Shown piece after piece: positions 27,458-43,289 of a stretch of DNA of 64,000 nt (position 1 is the first letter of the stretch; every line of letters begins with the position of its first letter). Source of the stretch: the human T2T-CHM13v2.0 reference genome, Homo sapiens. The position numbers and the translations under genes were made by a program. The stretch is from assembly GCF_009914755.1 (NCBI RefSeq), contig NC_060930.1; one strand, given 5' to 3'. The notes beneath the pieces were generated by a model. The model was given only the letters and a program-made list of their open reading frames with translations. It did no database searches and was not told the origin of the DNA.

Positions 27458-29571
27458 GTCTCAACTGAAGGACTGGGATATTTATACAGTCTTCTCCAAC
27501 TTAATAATTCAAGTAACATAAGACTACTGAAATCTTTGCTCCATTTATTAATTTTCTGCACTGATTCTTCATCTCTCCAACAATGTTCAGAAGTTTAAAG
27601 AACTAACAAACTATTGGGAGGGAATTGTACACAGAAATTTTGGCTCACTTTTCTGAAATTTCATTTCTTCTAAATGGCCGAGTGTTGAATTCCAGCCTGC
27701 TTCACTAACTCCAAAATCCAACTCTGTCTCCTTTGCCCAGTGATCAGTTCACATGCACACAAAATGCTATTTTATACTTTGGATTTGGTTTCTACCAGTG
27801 GAGATGGATATTAGTAAATGTCTTGAAATTGCCTTGTTCTGGAATTGCCACTTTGACTAAACAAGACAATTAAACTCAACTGTAGGCCATCCCTGGTACC
27901 AAGTTTACTTACTATACAGGGCAGGAAACCCAGAATTCCAGCTGAGTTGTATCAATAGTGTCTTTTATGTTGGACTGCCAATGAAAGCTTAATGTGAGTG
28001 AATGAGACCTCAGGGATTGGTACATGAGATACCCATGTAGGAATTATTCTGTCTCATAATATTTCTACAGGCATACTTTTATGGACTTAGGAAGATGAAC
28101 TCTTAGTTACCTAGTTACATTGCATTTAGGAATGCCCAAAACTATGAATCCCTAATAGTAATGTATAATTGGTTCGATGCATTCCAAATTATGATGCAGG
28201 TTATCAACTGGAAGTCATTTTTATCATAATCAGTTTTGTCTGGTATCACAGTTGCCATTTATTAAGTTTACAGCAAAACAGATACGAAAGATTAACCCAA
28301 ACTCAGTTTTCCAAAGTAAAGGAGAGATTTGAAATCCTTTATTCCCATAAGCTGATGAAAAATTAGAAGCTTGTTTGGTCTCATTGTGCTACCGTTTTCT
28401 CTTTTGGATCCCACAGGTCTTGGTGTCATGGTTGCACTCATTATCTTCAGTTTATATATTTTAGCCAGCTGTTGATGTACTTAGTTGGAGTGTTAGTGTG
28501 TTAGAAATTATTCTACCACTGTGAGATGTGGAAGTAAATCAAAAAACTTAAAGTTGTATGTAGTTTTTTAAAAATTTTTATTTTTTCTTGGCTTAAGGGG
28601 CTTTCTAGAAGTAATTGATCATGGCAGAGTGGCTATTAACTACTTACATTTGAGTGAATTTTAAAAACATGTTTTAAATTGTAAAATAGGTTGTCTATAT
28701 GCATCTGAGGATATTTTACTATGATTCATAAATGGTTTGGTGATGTTCAGGTTTCTAAAGAGATAGAAAATTAATAGTGTTCCTGACATGTCTTTAAAGG
28801 CAACTTAACACATACAAAAATATGTCAGCACTCATCTTTATAGTCTACTAAAACCAAGTTATTTGAGTGCTCTCTGTATCTGCAAAAAGATCACACAAAT
28901 CATTTAGAAAAGCAATCATCATAGCATACAGTGAATTTTCTCATGTATTTTAAATATCCAAAGAAAGAGAAAGACAACCAAAAATGAAAACTAAAATGGG
29001 TAGTAAAATTTACAAGTCATTTTGTAAACAAGTTTATAATATTTTGAAACATCCTTCATGAGAGACACAGAATGCACTGTTATAAAAATTCACACTAAAC
29101 TCCACAAATTAAGAACTGGTAGTAGTTCAAGAACATAAGTTTACTCTTGTTAATCTACAGCAAAGTATTGCTTAAGAATCCAATAGTGTAAACCATTTTA
29201 GATTATTCATGCTTCTTGTTGAAAAAATAATCTTATGTGATTTAAAAGAATAATTTATTTAAAAGTAAGATTCTGATTCACTACTGGCCAGCATGAAAAA
29301 TAATGCATCTATCAATATGAGGAAATCTATTAAAACACTGGAAATATGAGTGAATCATCATACATTGTGAGTTTTAGAATTAGAGAGTAAAAATAAACAT
29401 ATTATTTTTCTCAAAACAGTGGAAAGAGGAAAAAGTGAATCTGTATATTTTATTTCATATATTAAAATGTTACTGTGACTAAAATATTACTTTCCCTTTA
29501 TATATATATAGTAATTATTATTTATGCATTGCCTATATTAATTGACTTCGTCACACACCTCCACATATGTG

Positions 29572-29628
29572 TATCTATCTAATCTATCTATCTATCTATC
29601 TATCTATCTATTTCTATCTCTATCTCTC
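29572..29628. repeat. (ATCT)n tetranucleotide repeat
   Basis: Direct reading. Confidence 0.9.
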
Positions 29629-30223
29629 TGTCAATCATCTTTATAAAAATTCTATTTATGCTTTTCCTATGTGGGAGGGCATAACCAAGATTGGGAAAAT
29701 AAACATAGATTCTGTGCATCCTGAAAACTTTTCTCTGGTGTTACTGCTTTTTCCTTTTGATTCCTCTTATTTCTAAAGAAGCTCTACCTTCTGTGATGTT
29801 TATATTCTGGTTGTATTTACTTCACAGGCCATATTAAGAATCTGCACATATTGGTTATGATTGATAATCGGTTGTGATTTTAATGTTTTAGCAAAATGAT
29901 TCAAATTTCAACTTCTCTCACCTTTGGTTTCTAATGGCCACAAAATTATCTTTTTTTTTTAAGTTTTACTGATTTAAATTTATCATTATTATAATTTCCT
30001 TCTGGTTTTACATATTTCTATTAATTCATTAAAAATATCTCTCAGTTAGCTCCCTTTGACACACTCATATATACATTTCATCTCTTTTTACTTACCACAA
30101 ATTTTAACCATAAGTTTTTATAACAATCAACAAAATCTCTCTTAATTTTAGAGGATATGTTCTGAGATTACAGGGACTCAGACTGTTTTACTATTATCTT
30201 TTGAGAGCTCTGACAGAGTCTAG

Positions 30224-30556
<333 letters not shown>

Positions 30557-30670
30557 ACAATTATTCTTCTGGTCCATTGGAGAATCAAACACATATGTAC
30601 CAGAACTAACTGTGCATGCATACACATACACACATACACACATACATAGGTTGTGGACTGTTCGTTGCAT

Positions 30671-30910
30671 TATTTTTTATTGCACATATTTGAAGTGTAC
30701 AGCATGATGTTTTGATATACAAATATAAAATGAAATGATTACTATAGCCAAGACAATGGACAAGTTTATCATCTCACATATTTAATTTTTTACTGGGGCC
30801 CGGGGGGTGTAAGAACAGCTAAAATCTACATTCTTAGAAAAATTTTAGTATGCAACACAATATTATTAATTATAATTCTTGTGTGGCACATTAGATTTCT
30901 AGACTTATTT
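30671..30910 (-). mobile_element. L1MA (MA9-like) 3' UTR fragment
   Basis: atatttgaagtgtacagcatgatgttttgatatac...taaaatctac...cattagatttctagacttatt. Confidence 0.7.
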
Positions 30911-31210
30911 AATTGATCATAGATGACATGACTACAATCTAACAACTGTTGTGATTACAATGCTCTTTAAAAATAAGTCTATTCAAGAAAAAACTGGAAT
31001 GACACCCACAAAAATTTGATTAAATTTTTATAATAAGCAACTATGAAAGAAAGAAAATATGCTTTGAAAAGAATTAAAATTACAGAATTTGTGTTAAATT
31101 ATTTAATAAATGTTATGTTTTGGCTAACTTGCCTACGTTTTATTTATTTTGGTAACATTCTACCAAAGAGATACATTAAAACTAATATTTTAATGAAAGT
31201 AGATAACTAT

Positions 31211-31518
<308 letters not shown>

Positions 31519-32799
31519 TCAATTTATGCCGCAAGATAACTAAAATGCCACTGAAAAACTACATAGAAAGATTTGAGAAGCAATTAATTATTTAAGTGGG
31601 CTTTCTTAGAGATACAAAGCTCATTAGCTATTTTCACAACTTTCAAAATATATGATGGCAATAAAAGCTGTTAAAAAGATACATAGTTATCAGAAATCTA
31701 GGCAAATAGAGATTCTCTAAATAGTTAAGTACATTTTAGTTAAGTAAAAAGAAATTCAGTTTTTTTATGTAAAACTAAATGAGTGTAATAAACTTAGTAA
31801 TAGTGAAAAATTAAGAATGAGATAACTTATTAGGCCCAAAATGATATTTTAAATTGTTCAAAAATGATTGTTCTGGTGACATACGTATCATTATAAACTT
31901 AAGATAGATATATCTATAAAAATATAAATGTATTAAGAGAATTTTTGATACTCATTAATGTCTATGTATCATATTGTAACATATGTATTCATATTTTGTC
32001 ATAATACTGTTCCAAGTTTTCATGTGAAATGTAAAGTCAGTTATGGTTACTTTGTTGTGATGTCTGTAAATCTTTTTTAATTTCTCTAAAAAAATAGTTT
32101 TTGGCAAAAGATGAATAACAAATGATATATGTCACATATGAAAAAAGATTATTCACATATAGGTTTAGGAGTAACTTTTTTTTCCTTCAACCAAATAATG
32201 ATTATTCAAGTTGATTCAGTTCAATGACCAAAATACATGACGTTTTGATATTTTTATGTGCATATCTTAGTTTATACTTCCGTTTTTGCTTCCTGAAAAA
32301 CTTTTATCATCATGTTTTAACTTTTAAATATCTTTGCAACTGGACATATTTATCTGCATGTTGTATTTTGAGAAACAAAGGCACTGAACTTAACTAGCTG
32401 GCCTGAGGAGAAAAAGCAAGAGCAGGTCCAAATCCATTTTTTTTCTAGGATACAAAAGGACAAGTCAATTCCTCTTACGCTTTGTTTTTAACTATTCTTA
32501 CTAAAAGGTTCTTTAAGCAGATGTGCATATTTGTATTTCATAATGAATTTGCTAAATTCACCATAATATGTAATAAAAAGACATGTGTAAATCAATTATA
32601 ATTGATTTGTCAGTTCCCGTAATGTATTTCCACCTATGAAGGCATTTTGCTTGGCTTATTTTATATGGAAAACAAAAACAGCTTCGTTGCTTCATTTGAA
32701 ACCTTCAGTGGTTTTCCACATCACAGAACCACTTACAATTCTGTAGGACCATGATAGTCACAGCTATTAAAATAGAGTGTTTAAGGTCAGATTTGGAGC

Positions 32800-32979
32800 T
32801 GGGGTTACCAGATTAAATGCAGAATGAGCAGTTAAATGTGAATTTTAGTTAAACGATGACTTTATATAAGTATGCCACTTGCATATATTCGAGATATACT
32901 AAAATCATTTGCCTTTGAAATTAAAATTTAGCTGGGCATGCTGTGTGTTCGTTTTTGTTTTCTAAATCTGGCAATCTTA
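32800..32979. mobile_element. MER53 palindromic hAT MITE
   Basis: ggggttaccagat...atctggcaatctta termini and internal inverted arms cagttaaatgtgaatttt / aaattaaaatttagctg. Confidence 0.8.
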
Positions 32980-35778
32980 ATTGCATTTTATTGACAACTG
33001 CAGAAATATTGTTGGTAGGGAGCCTTTTGCCTACACTTGGAAGGACAAAGCAACTTCTTATTTCCTTTATCACTAAAGTGTCCTGGAGTTAAATTGAGAA
33101 AGCAATAAGAAATAAGGGTTGTCTCACCATATAAGACTTAATTAAACTATGTAATACATGTATTATAGTACATTTAATTAAAACAAAATAATATCTGTGA
33201 AGTATTTTAATATGGAAAGGGAGCCCATTAAGTATGTTTTGGAATAACTATTAAATTATTAACACAAAATCTGGTATGTCTTGTATTTGTCACTTGCAAT
33301 TTAGATTTCTTTTTATTAAACATAATCCTATGTAAATAATACAATAAATGTTTGCAAATAAAAAGATTATTCAGTGATCCTTTGAATCTTTCCCATTTGC
33401 CTCCTGGAGGCAAAAATAATTAAAATGCATAATGACAGACAAACATGAAGATGAAATGATTTTAAAGAATATAGTCACCTATTTTAAATTTGTTACTGAA
33501 TTTCTGTATCACAAAAGTAATAACTAGTAAGGCAATGCATATGCATGTAGCTAGATATAGTCAATCTACAATGTATATATACTTCAATATATATTGTCTA
33601 TGTTAATAATATGCAATTTTATGTATCAATTTATAAGATAAGCTAATAAAAAATAAATGAAACAAAACAATAAGAATGTAGGCAGGCGCCTTCTAGTTTT
33701 GGAACTTTCCACAAATGTCAAGAGAACATCCTTTCTTCTGTTTAAGAGAGGAAGAGCAAATGACTACAGAGAAACTTGCAAAATAGTAAACTTCAAATAC
33801 TAAAAAAAGCCATAGGTGGATTATTTAAATACTATTAAAAATATGCTTATTTCTCTTACTCAAACATTGTAGATTGTTTAACATGGACTCATGTTATCTG
33901 TTATCATCAAGAGAAATATACTCAGAAATAAATCTGCTGATTTTGTAAATAAAACACAGAGATAATTAAAGATTGATCATAAGATATATTTGTCTTTGTT
34001 ACAGTTCTGTTTTCTTGTAGCATGGAAACAAAAATGAATAGAACTTTCCTTATATCCAGGTTTTGTTTGTTCATTCATACTTTTATTATAAAATCCACTT
34101 ATTTATTTGTTATTTTAATTTAAATGAATATAACAAGTTGGATTATTTTCTACCCATTAAATGCTTAATTATTATAAATATATCTATATTATATACATAA
34201 AATGTTTATAATTTCTAGAATTTGTCCTTGGGAAACTACAGTAATATATAAAAGCTAAAAAAGAAAAGACAAAATTGTAATTTATGCCTCCACGTAGATT
34301 AAAGTTTTATCTCTAAATGTAAATATTATTTAATATTACTTAAAAATACATGTATGTTACCTTTAATAGCTTTTTTCGTTAACAGAAATCACATAGACAT
34401 CTATACATACAACGTATTAATTTTGTTACCTCATTTTTTCTTTATTTTAATGGCTTGTGTTTATGTGTGTGTGTGTGTGTGTATTTGGTGTCTGTGTATG
34501 CACATGTATGCATGTGTCATATTTTTTTTTCCATAGAAACTTCAGGAAATGCTTATTACAACGTCAAAGTCTTCCTGTCATCTAATAGAGTAGTCTGGAC
34601 TTTGCCCATCTCAGATCTCCTGGTTTTGTATACTTTGACAATCTGATGAGTATATGATGAAGATATTTCTGAATGTCTTGCTTACTTTTGCTCCAGTATA
34701 ATTTCTGGGAATGAAATATATATTGCTAAACTCTTTAACATTGTAGATATAGAAAATGCTACTAGGCATATTATAACTTTGAGTAAATTCATTGTATTTA
34801 CTATAAAATCTGGTCTACTTTGTCTAATTTGTTTATTTATCTTACTGAAACCTATATAAGATGTAGTATCTAGTATTATTATAAAAATATCAATATAGTT
34901 CTCTCCTATGATTTGTCTCCTCCAAAGCCAAGCACATACTGCATTAATATTCAAGTCTGGTATAAGTCTTAGTGAATCTCTCAATCCACATCATTATTTT
35001 GTTCATATCCACACTCTTGATATGGACTTGATAGATAAGGCTAAGAAATACAAAAGAATAGATTTGTTTATGTAGAGATTATTTTAAGCTTGCTGGAAGC
35101 AGAAAAATCCCAGACGAGGAAATGAGAAGCAGACAGGCAATCTGTGTGCCTCTCATCTTCCAGCAGTTCCTAGAGGTTACGTATAAGAAGATTAGAAAGT
35201 AAAACTGAATTGCAATTTTAAAGCTTTCTAATGAAAACAAATTTACTGTGTTTGATTGCTTATATTTGTTGCTTATATCGGTTTTTGAAGACAGCATACT
35301 ATGGAATGATGATTCAATACAATGGAATTATTTACTATATAAATTGTTTGGGACTGTTTAGTTACTGAGCCATGGCTAACATTGTCATCCTAGTTTTAAA
35401 TTAGTGTGTTAGTGTTTATACTGAACTTCAAAAAAAAAAAAAAAGCAGAAAAGAAAGTAGTCATTGGTTCTAATAAGTGAAGAATATTGTTATCTACTTA
35501 TTTTTATGAATATTTGATGTGCAAATTTAAAATGTGCACTGTCTAACATTATATATGCTTACATGTCAATCATTTTTTGTTTACCTATATTACAGGCTGA
35601 ACAATAATGGTTTCCAAAATATTGCTGATTTCCATTTTAATGATAGTACAAATAAATATGTGGATAGTCAATAAATGTATAATGAGGGAAGAAAGAACCA
35701 ATGATGTCTATTATTCTTAAGTGCAGTGGAACTCTATTTAATTTATTGTAATTAATTATATTTTCAATTTAGTAAATC

Positions 35779-36326
35779 TGGGAATCCCCTATTCTGTATG
35801 GTATCAGCATAAAGGTTGCCAGTGAATAATTCACACGAAATTTGGGAGGTAGAAGTAAAACAGTGGTCATAAATCTCTGTTGTGATCAGAAGTACTGACG
35901 AAAGATACAATGGTGGCTTTTAGCTTCTCCTCTCACTCTTCTGCTACATGTCCAGCCCACCTTCCTGACTATGGGTCACCTCTACTGCACAAGTGCATCT
36001 CTCGGCCTACCAACAGACACTAGGCAGTGGTCACTATACAGAGACAACAGTTTCCCATAAACCACTCCACAAGCTTCCCCTATGTAGTCTGACTTTGACA
36101 GCTGGATATACGTGGCTTCCAGCATGTGTCTGCCTTTTCACCCCTGTAGATGCTTCGGAAAGATTAGTTGATGACTTCTTTGATTCCCCAACTCTGCCCC
36201 CAAAGACTTCCAGGTCTCTATGTCCCAAGCTCTGCCTACATTGTCATAAGGCCATTTCTATAATAAATACTTTTCCTTATAACATCAGATAGTCTGTGCT
36301 TCTCTAACTGAAAAGATAATTGATTA
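35779..36326 (+). mobile_element. ERVL LTR33-like element
   Basis: gaatcccctattctgtatggt...gaaatttgggaggtagaagtaaaacagt...tctataataaatac...ctgtgcttctctaactgaa. Confidence 0.6.
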
Positions 36327-37286
36327 ATCAGCCTTTAGTGGCTTACATTCTGTTGTAGTGTTAAGACTGACACAATTAGTAATTTAAGACAGAACATGAT
36401 TGAGAATAAAGTTCAATTATGCTTTACTTTAAAAAATATTTGGAGGAGCCAGTGAGCTTCTAAGTAGTCATAGAAGGCTGAAAAAGAGAGAGTGCTATTT
36501 TAGTTGGGTATTTCATGATAGATGGAGGGTGGAGGAATAGAGTGCAAAGATAACATTATAGGAAGAGAAAACATGATGAAAACTATAAAATATTGAATAT
36601 CCATAAAAAGGCAAAGAGAGAGAGAGATGATTAAACTTTTTGCTATATTTAGGAAGAATATGAAATGAGTTTAAGTAGGAACAATAGACAAGTTTAAGGA
36701 GGGCTCTGAAGCTAGAAAATTTGCTGAAGGGGAAGGTTTTTTTTTTTTTTGATAAATTCTTATATGTGGAGAAGAGCCATGGTGTTATTTAAGTATAGCT
36801 GTAAATTGTCAATTTCCAACTGCTGCAGGGACATACTTATTTCTGAATATTTGGATCATCTCTGTGAATACTCCTCTGCTTCTGTTAGATGAATCCACTC
36901 CATAAGCCTGCTCACCCAAGTTCCTGTTGCAGCAAATAAGAGATACAATATTTACACCTCAGGGCACAACTCCCTTTTTAAAAGATTTTGCTGCTGGCTT
37001 CTAAAAGGTCTGCTCTACCTGATCCCTTCTTGCTCTCAAATTTCACTTCATCATTCTCTCCACCTTAATCTTCATTCACTCTTCCTGATCTCAGTTGTTT
37101 ATAATATTTTACACAAATTTTACAATTTATAGATTGTGCCTGTCTTGTAGTTTGACCAGGTATGAGGTATACTGGGAAATACATACATACATACATAGAT
37201 GATAGATATACATAGGTAGATACAGATACACATTTATATTTAGTTGTCAAAACCTCTTTTACATTATTCTTATCAGAATAGACAAT

Positions 37287-37597
37287 TGACTGGCATGGTG
37301 ACTCACGCCTGTAAACTCAACACTTTGGGAGGTTGAGGTGGGAGAATTGCTTGATTTGAGCCCAGGAGTTTGAAACCAACCTGGGCAACACAGTGAGAGC
37401 CCATCTCTACAAAAAACAAACAAACAAACAAAAATTAGCCAGACATGGTGACACATTCCTGTAGTCCCAGCTACTCAGGAGGCCGAGGTGGAAGGATTCC
37501 CTGAGCCCAGGATGTTGAGGCTTCAGTGAGCCCTGATCACACCACTGCATTCTAGACTGGGTAACAGAGCAAGACATTGCCAGAAGAAAAAAAAAAA
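37287..37597 (+). mobile_element. AluJ
   Basis: Dimer with J diagnostics ttgagcccaggagtttga and ctgggcaacacagtgaga; (CAAA)n in the middle linker. Confidence 0.92.
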
Positions 37598-40500
37598 CTA
37601 CAACAAAATAACACAGATAATTACTGATATATTTAGCCACATTCAATTGGAAGTAACACATAATTTTTAATCACTTTATGTCTTAAAAGTTTAGCTTCCT
37701 AAAACCCACATATATTATTCAAATTTCACTGCTTCAGTGTTACATGGTACAGGCCAATATTAGATATTGACCACCTCTGGATGCATTATTGTGTCCTTCA
37801 GTGTGTCTTTTGAGTAGTTATAATGATTAGTGAAACTTCGAGTTTTATTTTTCTTTTAGAATCAGATAGATTAAGCCTATACCTTCGGTATTTCTCTCAG
37901 GACACTTAGCCAATACATTATCTTGCGATACACTATTAGAGCAGCTTTCTATCTCATCTGTATCTGTAACCACTAGTAATAGGTATTTGTGATATTTTCC
38001 AATCTTTCAGGAATACTTTCCTTTCCCACTTCCCATTCCCCACTAACAACAGAGTATACTATAAATCCACATTATGTAATCTAATATGTACTGGATATTT
38101 TTTAATAGAATACCAGTATATGTTAACATTCTTCCATCAATATTTAATTTAAAGACCAACCACTTCCTTTTATGTATTACAACCATTAATTTAGTTTTAC
38201 CTGTTTCTAAAATTGCCACTACATTTTCTCTTCCCGTATTTGATTAAGGACATATTATTGTTATAATATTTTATTTTGGCAATTAATTATAATTATTATT
38301 CTCATTTTGATGCTCACATTTTCCCAATTTGGTCAGTAAAATATCTTTAAAATGGTTTAAATTTTATTTTGACACTACCTGGATAGTTTGAAAGCACCTT
38401 GTTTTCTAGCAATACTGAGAATTATTATGTTAATCAGGATTTGTCCGGTCCAGAGGTATGATTATGATATCAATTACTGACAAAGAACCTTTTGCTTATT
38501 AAAGTATTATAGTATTGGAAACCAAATATGGTTATAACATTAAAGTGTTCTACATGTATAGTGATGGTAGCAATGATCATAGCATCTGCGGACCCTTAGG
38601 AGACAGGACTAGAAAAGCTGAACCACATACAAATCATAAATGTATATTTATACTTCTAATTTATCTTAGCATTATTCTTGTTTCTTTTAGTATAAAATTT
38701 AATACGCATTTAAAAATATTTTACATGTTAATCACCTAATTGAAATATAATATTTCCTAGATGTTACAAATGTATTAATCTTTATAATATTAAAAATTCA
38801 TGTATTAAAACATTTTATTGAACAGACAGTATTATTAAATACAAAGAATTGTAATAATTACAGATCATTTGTTCTTTTTTAGATATCCAAAAAAAGTGTA
38901 ATATGGTGCATCAGATTTTCCAAGCATATCTAGTTATTCCCTGAGAATATATAAGCCATTATTAGAAGAGCTCAAAAGGTGTCATAAATCTTCACTTGTA
39001 AATGTTCTCATTCTGCTGCAAAACTTTTTTGCATTAACTATTAAAAACCTAAAAAAGGAATGTTTCAATATTGAACATTCAATTCAGTGAATGTTTCAAT
39101 TTTGTTTTCCCATAAATACACATGCAAATATATTGTTATATATTTATGTATATGTATATGTATATATGTAGGTATTCTATCTGTATGTATGTGTACATGT
39201 ATTATATTAATGTTAATTACATGTCCATATAAAATATAATTTTCAATTAATATATTTTTATGTAAAATATACTAATATCTTCTGTTTTTTTATTCCAGCA
39301 GTAAAGTCTGCTTATATTATTTATATATAAGAAAGCTTTTAGTGGTTCTACTTCCACCAAAAGGAAACCTGGTGGAATTTGGGTGGAAAGCAGTGGCCCG
39401 TGTGCCAGGGCTGGTAGTAGGTCTGCCCCACTAGCCAGTTGCAGCCTGGCCCTGCTCTCCTGTACTATCCTGTAGGGTTTGGAAGCTACACAGAGGCACT
39501 GAGACATGAGAGAAGGGGGTTTCTGAAGGCAGATACCTTCATAATACCTTTATCTCCTTTGACTTTGCCCTAGAGTTTTAGATTTTTATTTTATTCTTTT
39601 CTAAAAAGGAGGGTTTTATTTAGCAATATTATCTGAAAAATTAAACCTTTATAAGTAATTCTCTACATCTAATAAATATTCTTCAGTAATAGGATTCTTT
39701 GGGGTAAAACATCTAGATAATCATATTATGTTTTCCATTAACAAAATCACACATTTTAGCAATTTTATCTGTTTAGCAATAATTTCCAACATCATGTAAC
39801 AAAAACAAAACAGCAAACAAAACACAAAGTTTCTTAGCTTTGTATTTTTTACTATATTAGTTTTCCTTAGTTAAAGACATTCTTAACACCTCATGTTTAT
39901 TTGTGTATAGGTATGTGTGTATAATTATATAAAATATAAGTTTTTCCATATGTTTCTTATGAGGTTAAATAAACTATTGGCAATTTTCTAATTACTTAAA
40001 GGACAAGTTTGTTACTGTTCTACCAATATTCTTCACTAATGCTCTGAACTTCTTTCACAAAAATATATATTATCTGAAAATAGAAGTTCCATACATTTAC
40101 AAAGCCATGTGCTTTAGGCTTCTTTTTACATCATCAGCTTACATTGCTATAAATATAAAAACATACTTTGATAAGTAGTAACTGGAACTGAAGTCATTAT
40201 ACCATTGAGCTATTCTAGAATATGGTCATATCTCTAGTCTTGTAATACACTTAGCTACTTTTAAAAGGTAAGGACATTCACTATTTACTTGGGGACAAGC
40301 GTTATTGCAGCTGCCAGCATCAGACCTGTGCTTGATATTGGTACTTCATGTTCCTCATTAGGTTTCATGTAGCATGGTTTTAATTAATAGTGCCTCAAGT
40401 GGTCCAATATTATACATTTATTTGACATGTTCTAGCACCTTGTGGTGTATTATATTGTTTTGTAACATTTAAATGGTATATAACATTGCAATGATCCTAA

Positions 40501-41317
40501 GCTCAATTCTTTTGTGTCTATTTTATCTTAAGTCATCCTTAACTCCAAGAGGATTCTTTCAGACTAGAATTATTAAAACTTTGCCATATTGGAAGACTAC
40601 CATTCATAATTCAGTTTTATGTTTCATTGATTATATTAAAATTTCAATAATATAAAATATTTTATAGCATAAGTGAGTCTATTTTATCTAGATGTAATGA
40701 AGTCTAATTAGTTAAAAACTTTTTAGAATTTAATTATAATTTAATCTCACATTTATTATTTAGACAGTCTAGGCAATTTCTAATATCTTTATATTAAATT
40801 ACCAGACTGTACAAAATAAGAAAACTTAAATTGATTTTTCCAAACCCAGTAATAAGGCAAATAACACATTTATTCCTTTAAGTTGAATTCTGCTTCTGTG
40901 TCATAATCCGTGATAGTTGCTAAGGACAAAATTTTTATCAAATCATGGAATTTTCTTCATAGAATATGCAAGATTTGGGGGAAGACAGACATCAAACAGA
41001 GTATCACACAAATTAACATATGGATTTACAAGTGGATTGATTGCTATGAAAGTGAATTATATAATTGTATTAAAGATGTCATCTTGATAGTTATTAATAT
41101 AAAGTAAGCAAAGACCAGAAAACTTCCTGAGGACTTAAGAGAAGTTACATGACCGTATCTCTCTGAAACAGCTAAGAGTAAGTAAATATGAGCTTATTTT
41201 AAGATTACAAGAAATGATTCAAGTACCATGACATAATTTCCAGCAATACAAATATGACATCTTATGATTTTTAATCATAGGGGATAAATCCAGCATTTGC
41301 TACATTTATGTAGACAC

Positions 41318-41440
41318 CAAACCATTATTGAGAATTCCCAGTGTTGCAGGCAGCATGCAAATACTAGGAATACCAACAAAACATGTTGGCTCTGTACATC
41401 CATGATCTTACCACCTATACGACAGGCTGATATATATTGA
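41318..41440 (-). mobile_element. L2 3' tail
   Basis: ttattgagaattcccagtgttgcaggcagcatgcaaatactaggaatac. Confidence 0.5.
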
Positions 41441-41789
41441 ATGAATGTAAGGCTATATGATAGGAACAGGACAGCAGTGAAAGAAAAGCATCACCATCTT
41501 ACTCAGAAGAGAACATCTAGTTTAATTTTGCTGGTTTGTTTGTTTATTTTCTGGAACAGTAAGAGAAAATATTTTCTGCTGAGCCTCTTAGCAGGAATGA
41601 GGGTGAACCTTAAAATAATACCTGGAAGTGTATGTCAGGAAGGAGAAACAGCACTGACAAGGTATGCATGTATGAGAGTGTGTGACAGAGTTAGGGAATT
41701 AGAATGACGTGATGTATTGAGCTCAGGACACCTGGGGATAGGAGGGAGCTGGAGCCTGGTTAAACAGAGTATCTTTCTTTAAGTAATAT

Positions 41790-42030
41790 TGCAAGGTGGT
41801 TGACAGTGTGATCCCTAGATTTAGAAATAAAGCAAGTCTCAGCGCTTCTTATGACATTGTAACCTCAGGAAAATTACTTAAATTATCAAACAATAGTTAT
41901 CTTTCTGTAAATTGGGATAATCATAACAATTTATTTATATGACTGTTGGAAAATTAAATGAGGTAATAGATTCAATACGTTTAGCACAGCACCTGGCAGT
42001 ACCCGTGCTGTGACTAGGGGTTGTTATTAA
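41790..42030 (+). mobile_element. MIR
   Basis: tgtaacctcaggaaaattacttaaa...tctgtaaattgggataatcataac...attaaatgaggtaat...ttagcacagcacctggca. Confidence 0.75.
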
Positions 42031-43289
42031 TATTATTTTTTTCGTACACTATGCATTCTGTTTACCTTAGGGCCTAATTTGAGAAAATAAGAAATTATTA
42101 ACTTTTGCATTTACTATTTTGAACTGTGTTCACACATTCAAACTGATTTTAAAAGTTCTCAATCCCTAATTAAACACAAATTACAGCCCCAAATAATAAA
42201 AAGAGTTTTCTGAATTAAGTTCCTTTTAAATAGAATATATGAAACCTATACTTTAACAAAACCACTGGTTTAAAGTGAAGCAAATTTACAAACTTTTTAA
42301 TCTGTATATAATTCGTATTTTTTGAATATTTGACAGGCCTATGTGAAACATAAAAAAAATAGAGCCACATACCAGGTTGCCTATATTTTTGACTTTTTTC
42401 CCTCTCTTTTTGACATCAACTTCTCAGCAAGATGGTTACAGTAGCTGTGCTGCCTGTATAAACTCAATGCAGTGCAACAATCTCCATACACAAATTCATA
42501 TCCATAGGCAGAAATTCAAAGGTAACTACTGTGTCACAGCATGGTAAACATTCTTTTACAACACACTGATACACATCAATCTCTTTATAATAGCCAACAA
42601 TAACCACTAAAACCAGCATGCACTCATTCTCCGAAATTCTCTTTGGACACAAAAGGGCCTTGGTTTCCACTAAATTGTACCTCCTCAACAGATTCTAATA
42701 CTGTGTGTTATGCATCAACACACTTAATGTCTTTTTTGATTTTTGAATCAGGTAACGAAAGTCTAATTTACTAATGATTCCTGAATGCTTTTTTTATTTA
42801 TGGTTTGGGGCTATTTGCATGGCAGTCATTTAGCAAATTAATGTAGATGAAAAGCAATAATTTTACAGATGTTTGCTGCAATCATGCTGTCATCCCATAT
42901 TTAAAATGCTAATCTATTGACATCTATTCATTAGAGATGAGCTCCACTTACTTTCTAACATTAGAGTTTTATAACCTGGGGTGTTTTTAAGTAGGCTGAG
43001 AGTCAGAATTTTAACCATCCCACTCAGAATGTATTTTTAAAGGGTGAAAGCATTTTATTCTTTATTACTTTAAGACTATTCTTCCTCATGCTGATATTAC
43101 GCAATCTTTGATTGAATCTTTGCATTAATATAAACAACAGTACTGACTAGGTGCTTATATTAATTTTGTATTTTAAGTAGCAGAAGTCTAGCTATCTTCC
43201 TTCAGAAAAAAAGGGGCCCCCATTGCCTGGCAAAATCCTCAGAGGTTTCAATACTCTAATCAAGTGAAAGGCAGATATGTAGAAGGACA

